The position numbers and the translations under genes are program-made. DNA of 62,395 nt, from positions 1 to 62,395 of the forward strand of contig JAQURK010000003.1 of assembly GCA_028715645.1 (NCBI GenBank), read 5' to 3'. The notes beneath the pieces were generated by a model. The model saw only the letters and a list, made by a program, of their open reading frames with translations, did no database searches and was not told where the DNA came from. Each line of letters opens with the position of its first letter. Positions within the stretch are counted from its first letter, which is position 1. This stretch comes from Candidatus Omnitrophota bacterium (GTDB taxonomy: Bacteria; Omnitrophota; Gorgyraeia; JABMQH01). Positions 42,771-52,571 of this stretch are shown in pieces.

Positions 42771-43762
42771 AAATAGCCGTAGATGGGATGGGGAGCGACA
42801 GGTTCCCGCAAGTTGAGGTAAATGGCGCCATTGAGGCGGCTCGGGAATTCGGTTACGAGATAATCCTCGTCGGAGATGAGGCGACGTTAAGGAAGGAACT
42901 GGGGAAGCATAAGGGCTGCCCGCGCAATATAACAATCTATCACGCCGCCGAGGTGGTGGGCATGGCGGAGCCCGCGACAACGCCTATCAGGAAAAAGAAG
43001 GACTCCTCGATAAGTATCTGCGTAGAGCTTGTTAAGAAAGGGGTCGCGGACGCGATGGTCTCGGCAGGAAACACGGGCGCGGTGGTCTGCGCGGCCACGC
43101 TTAACCTGGGCGTTTTACCGGGTGTTGAAAGGCCCGGGATCGCGATCGTATTCCCTACGCTCAAAGGCCCATCCGTAATCATAGACGTAGGCGCGAACAT
43201 TGATCCCAAACCCAATCACCTTTTGCAGTACGGCCTGATGGCGGACGCATATGCAAAGTGGATCCTCGGCAAGCCTAATCCAAGCATCGGTTTGCTGAAT
43301 ATAGGCGAGGAGGCCACGAAAGGCACCGACTTTGTTAAAGAGACCCATAAGCTGTTGTCGGAAAGCAGATTAAATTTTACAGGCAATATCGAAGGAAGGG
43401 ATATCTACGCGGGCGAATGCGACATTATAGTCTGCGACGGATTTGTAGGCAACGTTGTTTTAAAGGTTTCCGAAAGCGTCGCCTTTACCATGATAGAATT
43501 TCTGAAACGGGAATTAAAGAGTTCACTCCTCGCGAAATTGAGCGTTATCCTGGCAAAGTCAGCCTTCAAGAGTTTTAAGAAAAAGATAGATTACGCGGAA
43601 TACGGCGGCGCCCCTCTTTTAGGCGTAAACGGGGCTGTGATCATTTCTCACGGCTCCTCAAGCCAAAAGGCGCTTAAAAACGCGATAAGGGTTGCCCATG
43701 AGTTCAGGGAAAAGGCGGTAAACGAACACATTATGGAAGAGATAGCTAAATGGAAGGGGTAA
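42767..43762 (+). CDS. plsX: phosphate acyltransferase PlsX
   Basis: 331 aa. Motifs MKIAVDGMGSD, SAGNTGA, GAPLLGVNG. Confidence 0.96.
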   Translation: MKIAVDGMGSDRFPQVEVNGAIEAAREFGYEIILVGDEATLRKELGKHKGCPRNITIYHAAEVVGMAEPATTPIRKKKDSSISICVELVKKGVADAMVSAGNTGAVVCAATLNLGVLPGVERPGIAIVFPTLKGPSVIIDVGANIDPKPNHLLQYGLMADAYAKWILGKPNPSIGLLNIGEEATKGTDFVKETHKLLSESRLNFTGNIEGRDIYAGECDIIVCDGFVGNVVLKVSESVAFTMIEFLKRELKSSLLAKLSVILAKSAFKSFKKKIDYAEYGGAPLLGVNGAVIISHGSSSQKALKNAIRVAHEFREKAVNEHIMEEIAKWKG

Positions 43763-44739
43763 GAGTTGGTTTTTTAGGAGTAGGGTATTTCGTCCCTCCC
43801 AAGATTCTTTCGAATGCCGATCTTGAAAAGATGGTCGATACCTCTGATGCCTGGATCACTACAAGGACCGGCATAAAGGAAAGAAGGATAGCGGCGGATA
43901 ACGTTGCCACGAGCGATCTCGCTAAAGAGGCCGCGCTTGCCGCCATAAAAGACGCTGATTTAACTCCCCTTGATATCGAGCTTATCATAATTGCCACCAT
44001 AACTCCAGACATGCAATTTCCGTCCACCGCCTGTATTGTCCAGGATAAGATAGGCGCGAAAAAAGCGGCATGTTTTGATATCTCTGCCGCCTGCGCCGGA
44101 TATCTCTACGCGATAGCCATAGCGGAACAATTCATAAAGGCAGGCATTTATAAAAATGCCCTGGTCGTGGGCGCTGAAAAATTGACCGCCATAACGGACT
44201 GGAGCGACAGGAATACCTGCGTCCTCTTTGGCGACGGGGCAGGGGCATCTGTAATGGGCAAGGTAGAGGGAGATAAAGGAATCCTTTCCGTTTACCTCGG
44301 CGCGGACGGGACCCAGCACGACATTTTAAAGTTGCCCGCCGGCGGCTCTCGCTTGCCCGCCTCACATAAGACCGTTGATGAAAGGCTGCATTATCTCAAA
44401 ATGTCGGGAAGCGAGCTTTTTAAGCATGCCGTTAAGATAATGACGGAGGCAGGGGAGCGCGCGGCCAAGATCGCGGGCCTTAATTCTCCCCAGGAGATAG
44501 ATTGTGTTATACCGCACCAGGCAAATGTACGCATACTGAACGCGGTGGCGAAGAAGATAGGCATCGCCGAAGAAAAGATTTATTTCAATATCGAAAGATA
44601 CGGAAACATGTCGAGCGCCTCAACGGCGGTCGCCCTGGCAGAGGCGGTCATCGCCAAAAGGGTAAAAAAGGGCGATATCATCCTGCTGGACGCGTTTGGA
44701 TCCGGCCTGGTCTGGGGAGCGATAATAATAAAATGGTAG
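43750..44739 (+). CDS. fabH: 3-oxoacyl-ACP synthase III
   Basis: 329 aa. Active-site Cys in DISAACAGY; also IPHQANVRI and GNMSSAS. Confidence 0.96.
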   Translation: MEGVRVGFLGVGYFVPPKILSNADLEKMVDTSDAWITTRTGIKERRIAADNVATSDLAKEAALAAIKDADLTPLDIELIIIATITPDMQFPSTACIVQDKIGAKKAACFDISAACAGYLYAIAIAEQFIKAGIYKNALVVGAEKLTAITDWSDRNTCVLFGDGAGASVMGKVEGDKGILSVYLGADGTQHDILKLPAGGSRLPASHKTVDERLHYLKMSGSELFKHAVKIMTEAGERAAKIAGLNSPQEIDCVIPHQANVRILNAVAKKIGIAEEKIYFNIERYGNMSSASTAVALAEAVIAKRVKKGDIILLDAFGSGLVWGAIIIKW

Positions 44740-45653
44740 AGTGCGCCTACATTTTTCCTGGTCAGGGCGCTCAATATCCGGGCATGGGCAAAGACCTCTA
44801 TGATAATTACGGGCCCGCCAAAGAGGTTTTTGAGCAGGCTAACAGGGCCCTTGGTTTTGATATCTCAAAACTGTGTTTTGATGGTCCGGCGGAAGAGTTG
44901 ATAAAGACGGAGAATTGCCAGCCGGCGATATTGACGGTCAGCATAGCGGCCTACAAGGCCTTCAGACAGCACAATAAAAGATTTGAGCCGAAGGCAGCCT
45001 TGGGACTGAGCCTCGGTGAATATTCGGCGCTTGTCGCCGCCGGCGCGGTGGCGTTCGGCGACGCCGTCAGGCTTGTCAGGTTGCGCGGCCAATTTATGGA
45101 AGAGGTTGCGAGGCAGTTTCCCGGGAAAATGGTATCCGTAATCGGCCTGACCATTGAGGCCGCCGAAGAAGTCGCCGAACAGTCAGGCTGCGAAATAGCG
45201 AATCTAAACTGCCCGGGCCAGGTAGTTCTTTCCGGCCGGGGCGAGTCTATAGAGAAGGCAATCGCCTTGTCCAAAGAAAAAGGCGCCGCCAGATCAATCG
45301 TCCTGAATGTAAGCGGCGCGTTCCATTCCTCTCTGATGAGCGAGGCAGGCCAGCGTTTAAAAAAGGAGATCTCAGTGATTCCTTTCTTTGAGCCGGAATT
45401 TCCCATAATCTCAAACGTAAACGCGACTCCGGAACATGACCCTGAACAGATAAAGGAAAATCTGATCGATCAGGTAAGCTGCACAACCTACTGGGAAGAA
45501 TCCGTAAGATACGTCGTATCTCAAAAGGTAAATTGTTTTCTTGAAATCGGCCCTGGTAATGTCCTTAAAGGGCTGCTAAAACGGATAGATCCCGCTCTCA
45601 CGGTTTATAACATAGAAAATTCCGAAACAATTAAAGCTGTCCTTGATGCATAA
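44733..45653 (+). CDS. fabD: malonyl-CoA:ACP transacylase
   Basis: Start at ATG 44733 (MVECAYIFPGQGAQYPGMG). Active Ser in GLSLGEYSAL. The listed 44502 start is a spurious extension across fabH. Confidence 0.95.
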   Translation: MVECAYIFPGQGAQYPGMGKDLYDNYGPAKEVFEQANRALGFDISKLCFDGPAEELIKTENCQPAILTVSIAAYKAFRQHNKRFEPKAALGLSLGEYSALVAAGAVAFGDAVRLVRLRGQFMEEVARQFPGKMVSVIGLTIEAAEEVAEQSGCEIANLNCPGQVVLSGRGESIEKAIALSKEKGAARSIVLNVSGAFHSSLMSEAGQRLKKEISVIPFFEPEFPIISNVNATPEHDPEQIKENLIDQVSCTTYWEESVRYVVSQKVNCFLEIGPGNVLKGLLKRIDPALTVYNIENSETIKAVLDA

Positions 45654-46302
45654 GACGCTTAAGGGGAAAAAGGTCCTGATAACGGCCGGCCCGACATGGG
45701 TGCCTATTGACAGGGTCAGGGTGCTCTCCAATCTTTCAAGCGGCCGCACAGGCATCGCCATCGCCGGCCAAGCGGCGCGCGAAGGCGCGAGCGTCACGCT
45801 ATTATTAGGCCCCATTCCCATTGACCATAGACCCATCAGACGTAAGCTTAATGTTATAAGATTCAACTATTTCGACGAATTACGAGATCTCCTCAATAAA
45901 GAACTTGCGCGTAAAAAATATGATATAATTGTACATGGGGCGGCGGTGTCGGATTACAAGCCTCTTAGGCGGCCGGAAGGCAAGATAAATTCCGGGCTTA
46001 AAGGTTTAACGATCAGGTTAAGGCCGACTTCAAAAATAATAAATATAATAAGAAAAAAGGCAAAGGGCGCGTTGCTTGTGATGTTTAAACTTGAGTCGGG
46101 AATGCCCGCGCGGCGGCTGATCGAGATGTCATATAAAAAAATGCGCCTGGTAAAGGCGGATATGATCGTCGCAAACAATATTGAGGGCATCACGGGAGAC
46201 AAACATCAGGCATACATTATAGACAAGACAAAAAAAGTTATTTCGGTAAAAAACAATAGCCAACTGGCCAGGGCCCTGGTAAGCAAGCTGGCAGTTTTAT
46301 GA
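45643..46302 (+). CDS. coaB: phosphopantothenate--cysteine ligase (stand-alone CoaB domain)
   Basis: 219 aa. KKVLITAGPTWVPIDRVRVLSNLSSGRTG and AAVSDY. No CoaC flavoprotein domain is attached. Confidence 0.8.
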   Translation: MMHKTLKGKKVLITAGPTWVPIDRVRVLSNLSSGRTGIAIAGQAAREGASVTLLLGPIPIDHRPIRRKLNVIRFNYFDELRDLLNKELARKKYDIIVHGAAVSDYKPLRRPEGKINSGLKGLTIRLRPTSKIINIIRKKAKGALLVMFKLESGMPARRLIEMSYKKMRLVKADMIVANNIEGITGDKHQAYIIDKTKKVISVKNNSQLARALVSKLAVL

Positions 46303-46682
46303 TAAAGATATTAATCGTAGATGATGAGGTGGATGTTTGCTCTTTCGCCAAGTCATTTTTTGAAATGAGAGGTCTTAAGGTTTACTCCGCCTTAAGCGGC
46401 ATCGAGGCGCTGAACATATTTCTTAAAGAAAGGCCGAATATCGTGCTGATAGACGTAAAAATGAAAGGGATGGACGGGGTTACCCTTTTAAAGCAGATAA
46501 AAAGTATAGATAAGGATTGTGAGGCAATCATGGTGTCCGCTATTGGGGACATGAATGTCATAGAAGAGGCAAGGAGGTACGGGGCGAAGGATTACATAAC
46601 AAAACCGCTGGTTCTCGAAGAACTTGAAAAAACAGTCTTGGAGAAGGTAAAGTGGATGGAAACCCACAAGAAAACAATATAG
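46299..46682 (+). CDS. single-domain response regulator (REC)
   Basis: 127 aa. ILIVDDE, phospho-Asp in VLIDVKMKGMDG, and KPL. Confidence 0.9.
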   Translation: MIKILIVDDEVDVCSFAKSFFEMRGLKVYSALSGIEALNIFLKERPNIVLIDVKMKGMDGVTLLKQIKSIDKDCEAIMVSAIGDMNVIEEARRYGAKDYITKPLVLEELEKTVLEKVKWMETHKKTI

Positions 46683-47965
46683 ACTGGAAAAATATAGAAG
46701 AGAAATTTTTTGAAAAGGTGGCAAACCATTTCAGGCCGTCATCGCCCGAGAACAACACCAACCTCGGCTACCAGGTCGCGCTTGAAGAGGCCTCCCAGAA
46801 CATGATCCGGTTTAAAAAACCGGAGCACCTCATCAAAAGTATCGTCCACATGATAGACCAGGAAGTGGGCGTTACTCACACCGCCGTCCTTTTGTACAAA
46901 GAAAATAATAATTCATACGTATTGATCGACTCAAAAGGCCAGGAGGGCATCAAGATACCGGTGGGCTATATCAGGCTCAACATCGGAAATTCGCTGATCA
47001 GCGTTTTTACGGACAGCGGGCACTCCATCCTGGATTCTAGCGGCGCCCTCGTTTATGGCACCGTAAAAAAAATGCTGGAAGATAAGAAAGTCCTCGCCGA
47101 AAATTCGGGGCTTGCCGAAAGGCTTGAAAACATAAAATCCCAGATGGAATTATTACAGGCGGATATCTGTGTCCCGAGTCATTTTAAGAAGAAACTGCTC
47201 GGCGTACTTATACTCGGCAGGAAGGTCTCGGGCAAGGACTTTATGAGGGACGAGTTGGGATTCTTTTTAACCCTGGCAAACAATGCGGCCATGGCCATCT
47301 CAAACGCCCAGCTTATTGAGGACCTCCAGGTAAAGGTCAAGGAGGTTGAGGTCCTTCTAAACAAATCACACCGGCTTTTTATACATACCTCTATCGCCCT
47401 GGCCGCCGCCATAGATGCGAGAGATCCATATACGCACGGCCATACGGAACGGGTCACCGCCTATGCCCTTGCAGTTGCCGAGGAGATGGGAGATTCTCTG
47501 GAGATAAACGCCTTCAGAAATTTCAAGGAAAGCCTTCATATCGCCGCGCTCCTGCACGATATCGGCAAACTCGGCATACCCGATAATATATTGAATAAAA
47601 AAGGGGCGCTTACTCCCGAAGAATACGAGAAGGTGAAGGAACACCCTGTGATAGGCGCGACAATACTCTATCCCATCAAGGAATTGGGAGGGATCGTTGA
47701 CGCGGTGCGGTCTCACCAGGAAAAATTTGACGGGACCGGTTATCCCGACGGCATAAAGGGCAAGGCAATCCCTGTTATGGCGCGGATAATCGCTATTGCC
47801 GATGCCTTTGACGCGATCACTACAAACCGCCCTTACAGGGACAGGAAAACAATAGAAGTAGCGGTGGAAGAGATTAGTAGAAATTCCGGTACGCAGTTTG
47901 ACCCCGAGATAACCGAGGCCTTCCTGGCGGCATACGAAAAAAAGAAATTATTTAATCTGTTCTGA
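46652..47965 (+). CDS. GAF-domain / HD-GYP-domain protein (putative c-di-GMP phosphodiesterase)
   Basis: 437 aa. Motifs HGHTERV, LLHDIGKLGIPDNIL, HQEKFDGTGYPDG. Confidence 0.88.
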   Translation: MDGNPQENNIDWKNIEEKFFEKVANHFRPSSPENNTNLGYQVALEEASQNMIRFKKPEHLIKSIVHMIDQEVGVTHTAVLLYKENNNSYVLIDSKGQEGIKIPVGYIRLNIGNSLISVFTDSGHSILDSSGALVYGTVKKMLEDKKVLAENSGLAERLENIKSQMELLQADICVPSHFKKKLLGVLILGRKVSGKDFMRDELGFFLTLANNAAMAISNAQLIEDLQVKVKEVEVLLNKSHRLFIHTSIALAAAIDARDPYTHGHTERVTAYALAVAEEMGDSLEINAFRNFKESLHIAALLHDIGKLGIPDNILNKKGALTPEEYEKVKEHPVIGATILYPIKELGGIVDAVRSHQEKFDGTGYPDGIKGKAIPVMARIIAIADAFDAITTNRPYRDRKTIEVAVEEISRNSGTQFDPEITEAFLAAYEKKKLFNLF

Positions 47966-49534
47966 GAACCAGCCGCCTGTCAACGCGTCGATCCCCGCCG
48001 TAAGCTCTTGCAGCCTTAGCTGCTTTCCGATCCTTGTCTGGACATTCTTTGGCGGGTTGGTGAGCATCTCTATCTGAAGGCGCCGTCTTTCAAAATAAAG
48101 CTGCGTTATCTCGTTTAAGATATCATCCCTTAACTGTACCATGAGCCGGCTTCTGGTATCAATGTTGGTTTGTTCGCTCGTCCATACAAGTTCTCCGAGA
48201 TCCCAGGTGAGAGAAACATCCCAGCCGGTATCGCCCTCCTTGCCTTTCCATGCGCCTCCGTAATAATAATCCCCTTCATTTTCATCGATACCGACCGATA
48301 CCTTGGGCAGTATCGCCCTGCGTTTTGCGCGATTGCGCCACTCATCGATTTTTTTCTTATGTACCTCCGCGTATCTTATTGCCGCCTCCTGCGTTTGCCG
48401 GACATCGGGCTCTGACTGAAATCTTCCAAAAAGCTCCTGAACCTCGCGGTCTTCTTGTGCTATATCGGCGCCGGCCGGCCCGTCTTCATGAGAAAGGTTC
48501 ATTTTGTAAAGCCCCCTCGTTGTGGCGGCAAGTATAAAATTGTTTTTTTGGTCATAGACAAGGTATCTTGTGTATTTTGAATCAAGGCCCTGATCGAGTT
48601 CTTCCCATTTTTCAAATGGCCTTGTGATTTTAAATACGCCGTTTTTTGTAGCGCTGAATAACCAGCCGTCTTTTAGCGATATCAGGTAGGTTATATTATT
48701 GTTTATAAGCCCGGAATCGGTAATCTTTTCCCACTGCCCGCCGCCATCCTTTGAAATAAATACGCCTGCTTCTGTTCCCGCATAGATCTCGGCAGGATCC
48801 AGCCTGGAAAGCGCTATAGAATTCGGCGTTTTCATGGAATCTGCCTCAAGCTCACTCTTATACTCGTCGCCTGTATCCTGATTCGTCTCTTCGCCTTCTT
48901 TACCTTGGGCGATCGCGAAAAAAACCTCTTCGTAACTCTTTCCATGATCTATGGATTTGAATACGCCGTTGGTTGACGCCGCGTAAAAGACATCGGCATT
49001 CAAAGGATCCTGTAAAATAAAGTTTATTACGCGGTTTGAAATCTCGTTTGTCGATTTCTGCCACAATTTGCCGGCGTCATTTGTGTTAAAAATGCCGTTG
49101 GTTGTTCCTATATATACATTCTTTGTATCCAGGCTGTCTATCAGTATATTTCGTATTTCTTTTTCCTGAGGACTCAAGCCCTGGAATATCCTATTCCAGC
49201 TTTTTCCCCCGTCGGAACTTTTATAAAGACCGTTCGCGGTCCCCGCATATACTACACAAGTGTCTTTTGGATCGATGGAAATCGAGTTGATCCATGTTAA
49301 TTGTCCTCTTACCGAATATACCTTTGACCATGACCTTCCTCCATCAGTGGTCTTAAAAATGGTCTTTTGGCCGCCGGCGTAGATTATTTCCGGATTAACC
49401 GGATCAATAGCGGCGGTTCGTATATCCAGTTCGTCGAGGCCTGAACTAATATCCTGCCAAGTTTGCGCCTCGCCGCAATAACAATTGGCAAACAGAAATA
49501 CCATTAAAGCAGAGCAAAACAAGGGCCATTTCAT
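47948..49534 (-). CDS. secreted BNR/Asp-box beta-propeller protein with a C-terminal TolC-like helix-hairpin-helix module
   Basis: 528 aa with a signal peptide. Five Asp-boxes (TTDGGRSW, SSDGGKSW, TNDAGKLW, SIDHGKSY, SKDGGGQW). The C-terminal ~150 aa run coiled helix, then LPKVSVGID...GWDVSLTWDLGELVW, then a long helix ending ALTGGWF. Confidence 0.7.
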   Translation of the reverse strand: MKWPLFCSALMVFLFANCYCGEAQTWQDISSGLDELDIRTAAIDPVNPEIIYAGGQKTIFKTTDGGRSWSKVYSVRGQLTWINSISIDPKDTCVVYAGTANGLYKSSDGGKSWNRIFQGLSPQEKEIRNILIDSLDTKNVYIGTTNGIFNTNDAGKLWQKSTNEISNRVINFILQDPLNADVFYAASTNGVFKSIDHGKSYEEVFFAIAQGKEGEETNQDTGDEYKSELEADSMKTPNSIALSRLDPAEIYAGTEAGVFISKDGGGQWEKITDSGLINNNITYLISLKDGWLFSATKNGVFKITRPFEKWEELDQGLDSKYTRYLVYDQKNNFILAATTRGLYKMNLSHEDGPAGADIAQEDREVQELFGRFQSEPDVRQTQEAAIRYAEVHKKKIDEWRNRAKRRAILPKVSVGIDENEGDYYYGGAWKGKEGDTGWDVSLTWDLGELVWTSEQTNIDTRSRLMVQLRDDILNEITQLYFERRRLQIEMLTNPPKNVQTRIGKQLRLQELTAGIDALTGGWFSEQIK

Positions 49535-49571
49535 TTTCTTTTTTCCTCCGTATCTTACTTTTTATAATGTT

Positions 49572-49600
49572 AATATAGCAATATTTTGACTATTTGTCAA
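49572..49600 (-). promoter_or_regulatory. promoter of the BNR-propeller gene
   Basis: Minus strand: TTGACA (49600-49595), 17-nt spacer, TATATT (49577-49572). A ~35-nt leader with GGAGGA SD follows. Confidence 0.6.
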
Positions 49601-49691
49601 TTTTTTTATTGCCTCTGTTATATTAGACGTAAGCAGCGCCTTTTTTGTTTTAAAAAAGTTAAAAAAAATTATAAGCCGTTCATTCCGGCTG

Positions 49692-49700
49692 TGGTATAAT
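49692..49700 (+). promoter_or_regulatory. extended -10 promoter of uvrA, 7 nt before the ATG (leaderless-type)
   Basis: TGGTATAAT (49692-49700), then atttgtc, then ATG at 49708. No SD. Confidence 0.6.
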
Positions 49701-49707
49701 ATTTGTC

Positions 49708-52530
49708 ATGGAAAAGGAATATATTTTTGTAAAAGGCGCGAAAGAGCATAATCTTAAGAATATCGACGTAAAGATCCCCAGAAACAGCTTTACGGTTATT
49801 ACCGGCCTTAGCGGTTCCGGCAAATCGTCGCTTGCATTTGATACTATCTATGCGGAAGGGCAGCGCCGTTATGTTGAAAGCCTCTCAAGTTACGCCAGGC
49901 AGTTCCTTGAACAAATGCAGAAGCCGGATGTGGAATATATCGACGGGCTTTCGCCGGCGATCAGCATAGAACAAAGGACGGCGTCCGGCAACCCGAGATC
50001 CACCGTCGGCACACAGACGGAGATCTTTGATTATCTCAGGTTGTTATATGCCCGTATAGGCAGGGTGCATTGTCCCAATTGCGGGAAAGAGGTTACGCGG
50101 CAAAGCGCCCAGGAAATTGTCGAACAGGCGTTAAAACTGCCTGCCGGGACAAAGGCCCTCATACTTGCGCCGCTTATAAGGGGCCAAAAAGGAGAGTATA
50201 AGGAGTTATTTAAGCAAATCCAGAAAGAGGGTTTTGTGAGGGCCAGAGTAGACGGCAAGCTTATCGAAGTCGAATCGCCTCCGCCGCTTCACAAATATAA
50301 AAAACACACCATTGAAGTCCTTGTCGACAGATTGACGATCGATCCCCAGGAAGAGACCAGGAAGAGATTGACCGATTCCATAGAGATCGCCTTAAGGACA
50401 GGAAAAGGCCTTCTAGTTATCAGTACAGACCATAGACCCTCCAGTTTTTCACCTGATAGACCCTCCAACTCTTACGACTTGCTATTCAGCGAACTTTATG
50501 CGTGCACGGATTGTGGAATAAGCCTTGAGGCGCCGCAACCTAGGATGTTTTCATTTAACAGCCCGTACGGGGCATGTCCAAAATGCGATGGACTAGGCAA
50601 CAGGATGGAGATAGACCCCGAGCTCGTTGTGCCGGATAAGTCAAAACCTGTGCTTGAGGCCATAGAGCCGTGGCGGCGGGGCGGAAAAGGCATATTTTTA
50701 TATTTTAGAAGGCTCCTGCGGTCGCTTGCTTCAGATTATAATTTTGATGCGCATGCGCCTTACAGGCAATTGAGCACGGAGATAAAAAAGGTCATACTTT
50801 ACGGAGATGAGAATAAAGGCGGCTGGTTTGAAGGCGTTTTACCGAATCTACAGCGGCGTTTTAAAGAGACGAAGAGCGAATACATGAAGATGGAGATAAA
50901 TAAATACATGAGCGTTTTACCATGCCTTGAATGTAACGGTAAACGCCTTAAAAAAGAGAGCCTGGCCGTCTATATACAGGGCAGGGATATCATGTCCATA
51001 TGCGCCTTTTCCATAAAAGAAGCGAGGAAATTTTTCCTTAACTTGAAATTAACAAAAACCGAGGAGACCATCGCGCGGCTTGTGCTTAAGGAGATAAATT
51101 CAAGGCTTCAATTTATGCTTAATGTAGGGCTTGATTACCTTACCCTGGACCGGGCGAGCGCGACCCTGTCAGGCGGCGAGTCACAGCGTATCAGGCTGGC
51201 GACACAGATCGGCTCCGGTCTTACAGGGGTTTTGTATGTGCTGGATGAGCCCAGCATAGGCCTTCATCAGAAGGACAACACAAAACTCCTTGAAACCCTG
51301 GGGACCCTCAGGGACCTGGGCAATACCCTGCTCGTCGTAGAACACGATGAGGCCACAATCAGGAAGGCCGATTATATAATTGACCTCGGGCCCGGCGCCG
51401 GCGAGCATGGCGGCAGGATCATCGCCTCCGGAACCCTAGACGATATCCTGAAAAATAACGACTCGCTGACAGCCAGATACCTGAACGGCGTGCACAGCAT
51501 AAAAATACCTGAAAAAAGAAGACCGGAAAAGGAAGGAAAATGTTTAAAAATAATCGGGGCCGCGGAGCACAACCTTAAGGAAATAGACGTGAAGATCCCG
51601 CTCGGCATTTTTGTCTGCATAACCGGCGTATCCGGTTCGGGCAAGAGCACGCTGGTGGATGAGATATTATACCGGGCCCTCGCAAAAAAATTCTATCGCG
51701 CTAAGGAAAAGCCCGGCAGGTACAAAAAGATCGAAGGGATGGGCCTTATTGACAAGGTCATAGTAATAGATCAGTCTCCCATAGGCCGTACCCCCCGGAG
51801 CAATCCCGCGACCTATACCGGCATGTTCGGGCCGATAAGGGACCTGTTTTCGAAGTTACCTGAATCAAGGGTGCGCGGATATAAGCCCGGCCGGTTCAGT
51901 TTTAACGTAAAGGGCGGCCGTTGCGAGGCCTGCGCAGGGGATGGCATAAAAAAGATAGAGATGCATTTTTTACCGGATGTCTATGTGCAGTGCGAAGTCT
52001 GCAAGGGAAAACGTTTTAATGAGGCGACCCTGCAGGTTAAATATAAGGGAAGATCAATAAGTGATGTCCTTGATTCAAGCGTAGAAGACGCCCTTTCCCT
52101 TTTTCAAAACATCCCTTCGGTACACTCTAAACTCAAGACCCTTTTCGAGGTGGGCCTGGGATACATAAAATTAGGCCAGTCGGCTACAACCTTGTCGGGC
52201 GGCGAGGCCCAGAGAGTGAAACTTTCGACTGAACTTTCAAAGCGCTCTACGGGTAAGACCCTTTATATCCTCGATGAACCGACGACCGGCCTACATTTTG
52301 CCGACGTCGATAAACTGCTGAATGTCCTGCACGCCCTGGTTGACGCGGGGAACACCGTAATCGTCATAGAGCATAACCTTGACGTCATCAAGACCGCGGA
52401 CCATATAATTGATCTGGGACCGGAGGGAGGCGATGAGGGCGGTTATATCGTTGCTGAAGGCTCGCCCGAAAAGATAATTAAAAATAAATCCTCCTATACC
52501 GGTCAATACCTTTCAAAATTCCTGCCATAG
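49708..52530 (+). CDS. uvrA: excinuclease ABC subunit A
   Basis: 940 aa. Two ABC modules ([18 protein letters not shown]; [16 protein letters not shown]) and zinc-finger Cys clusters. Confidence 0.98.
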   Translation: MEKEYIFVKGAKEHNLKNIDVKIPRNSFTVITGLSGSGKSSLAFDTIYAEGQRRYVESLSSYARQFLEQMQKPDVEYIDGLSPAISIEQRTASGNPRSTVGTQTEIFDYLRLLYARIGRVHCPNCGKEVTRQSAQEIVEQALKLPAGTKALILAPLIRGQKGEYKELFKQIQKEGFVRARVDGKLIEVESPPPLHKYKKHTIEVLVDRLTIDPQEETRKRLTDSIEIALRTGKGLLVISTDHRPSSFSPDRPSNSYDLLFSELYACTDCGISLEAPQPRMFSFNSPYGACPKCDGLGNRMEIDPELVVPDKSKPVLEAIEPWRRGGKGIFLYFRRLLRSLASDYNFDAHAPYRQLSTEIKKVILYGDENKGGWFEGVLPNLQRRFKETKSEYMKMEINKYMSVLPCLECNGKRLKKESLAVYIQGRDIMSICAFSIKEARKFFLNLKLTKTEETIARLVLKEINSRLQFMLNVGLDYLTLDRASATLSGGESQRIRLATQIGSGLTGVLYVLDEPSIGLHQKDNTKLLETLGTLRDLGNTLLVVEHDEATIRKADYIIDLGPGAGEHGGRIIASGTLDDILKNNDSLTARYLNGVHSIKIPEKRRPEKEGKCLKIIGAAEHNLKEIDVKIPLGIFVCITGVSGSGKSTLVDEILYRALAKKFYRAKEKPGRYKKIEGMGLIDKVIVIDQSPIGRTPRSNPATYTGMFGPIRDLFSKLPESRVRGYKPGRFSFNVKGGRCEACAGDGIKKIEMHFLPDVYVQCEVCKGKRFNEATLQVKYKGRSISDVLDSSVEDALSLFQNIPSVHSKLKTLFEVGLGYIKLGQSATTLSGGEAQRVKLSTELSKRSTGKTLYILDEPTTGLHFADVDKLLNVLHALVDAGNTVIVIEHNLDVIKTADHIIDLGPEGGDEGGYIVAEGSPEKIIKNKSSYTGQYLSKFLP

Positions 52531-52535
52531 AGTGC

Positions 52536-52563
52536 TTGCATTTATATGATTATATGATAATAT
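52536..52563 (+). promoter_or_regulatory. promoter of the TPR/TolQ/TolR/TonB-like operon; -10 lies 8 nt before the ATG at 52572
   Basis: TTGCAT (52536-52541), 16-nt spacer, TAATAT (52558-52563), then tatggata, then ATG. No SD. Confidence 0.5.
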
Positions 52564-52571
52564 TATGGATA

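Noticed and set aside
44502-44732. 77-codon upstream extension of fabD
   Set aside because: It lies inside fabH in another frame and is Arg/Gly-rich nonsense. FabD homology starts at MVECAYIFPGQGAQ (44733). Similar trims were made for the SpoIID-like gene (28755 to 28794), ackA (41399 to 41423), recG (37255 to 37285), the REC gene (58758 to 58818) and the TPR gene (52536 to 52572).
49586-49600. TTGAC-TATTT-GTCAA dyad upstream of uvrA as a possible SOS/LexA box
   Set aside because: It matches neither CTGT-N8-ACAG nor GAAC-N4-GTTC as I recall them. It lies ~100 nt upstream of the uvrA -10. Its right half is already explained as the -35 hexamer (TTGACA) of the divergent BNR-propeller promoter.
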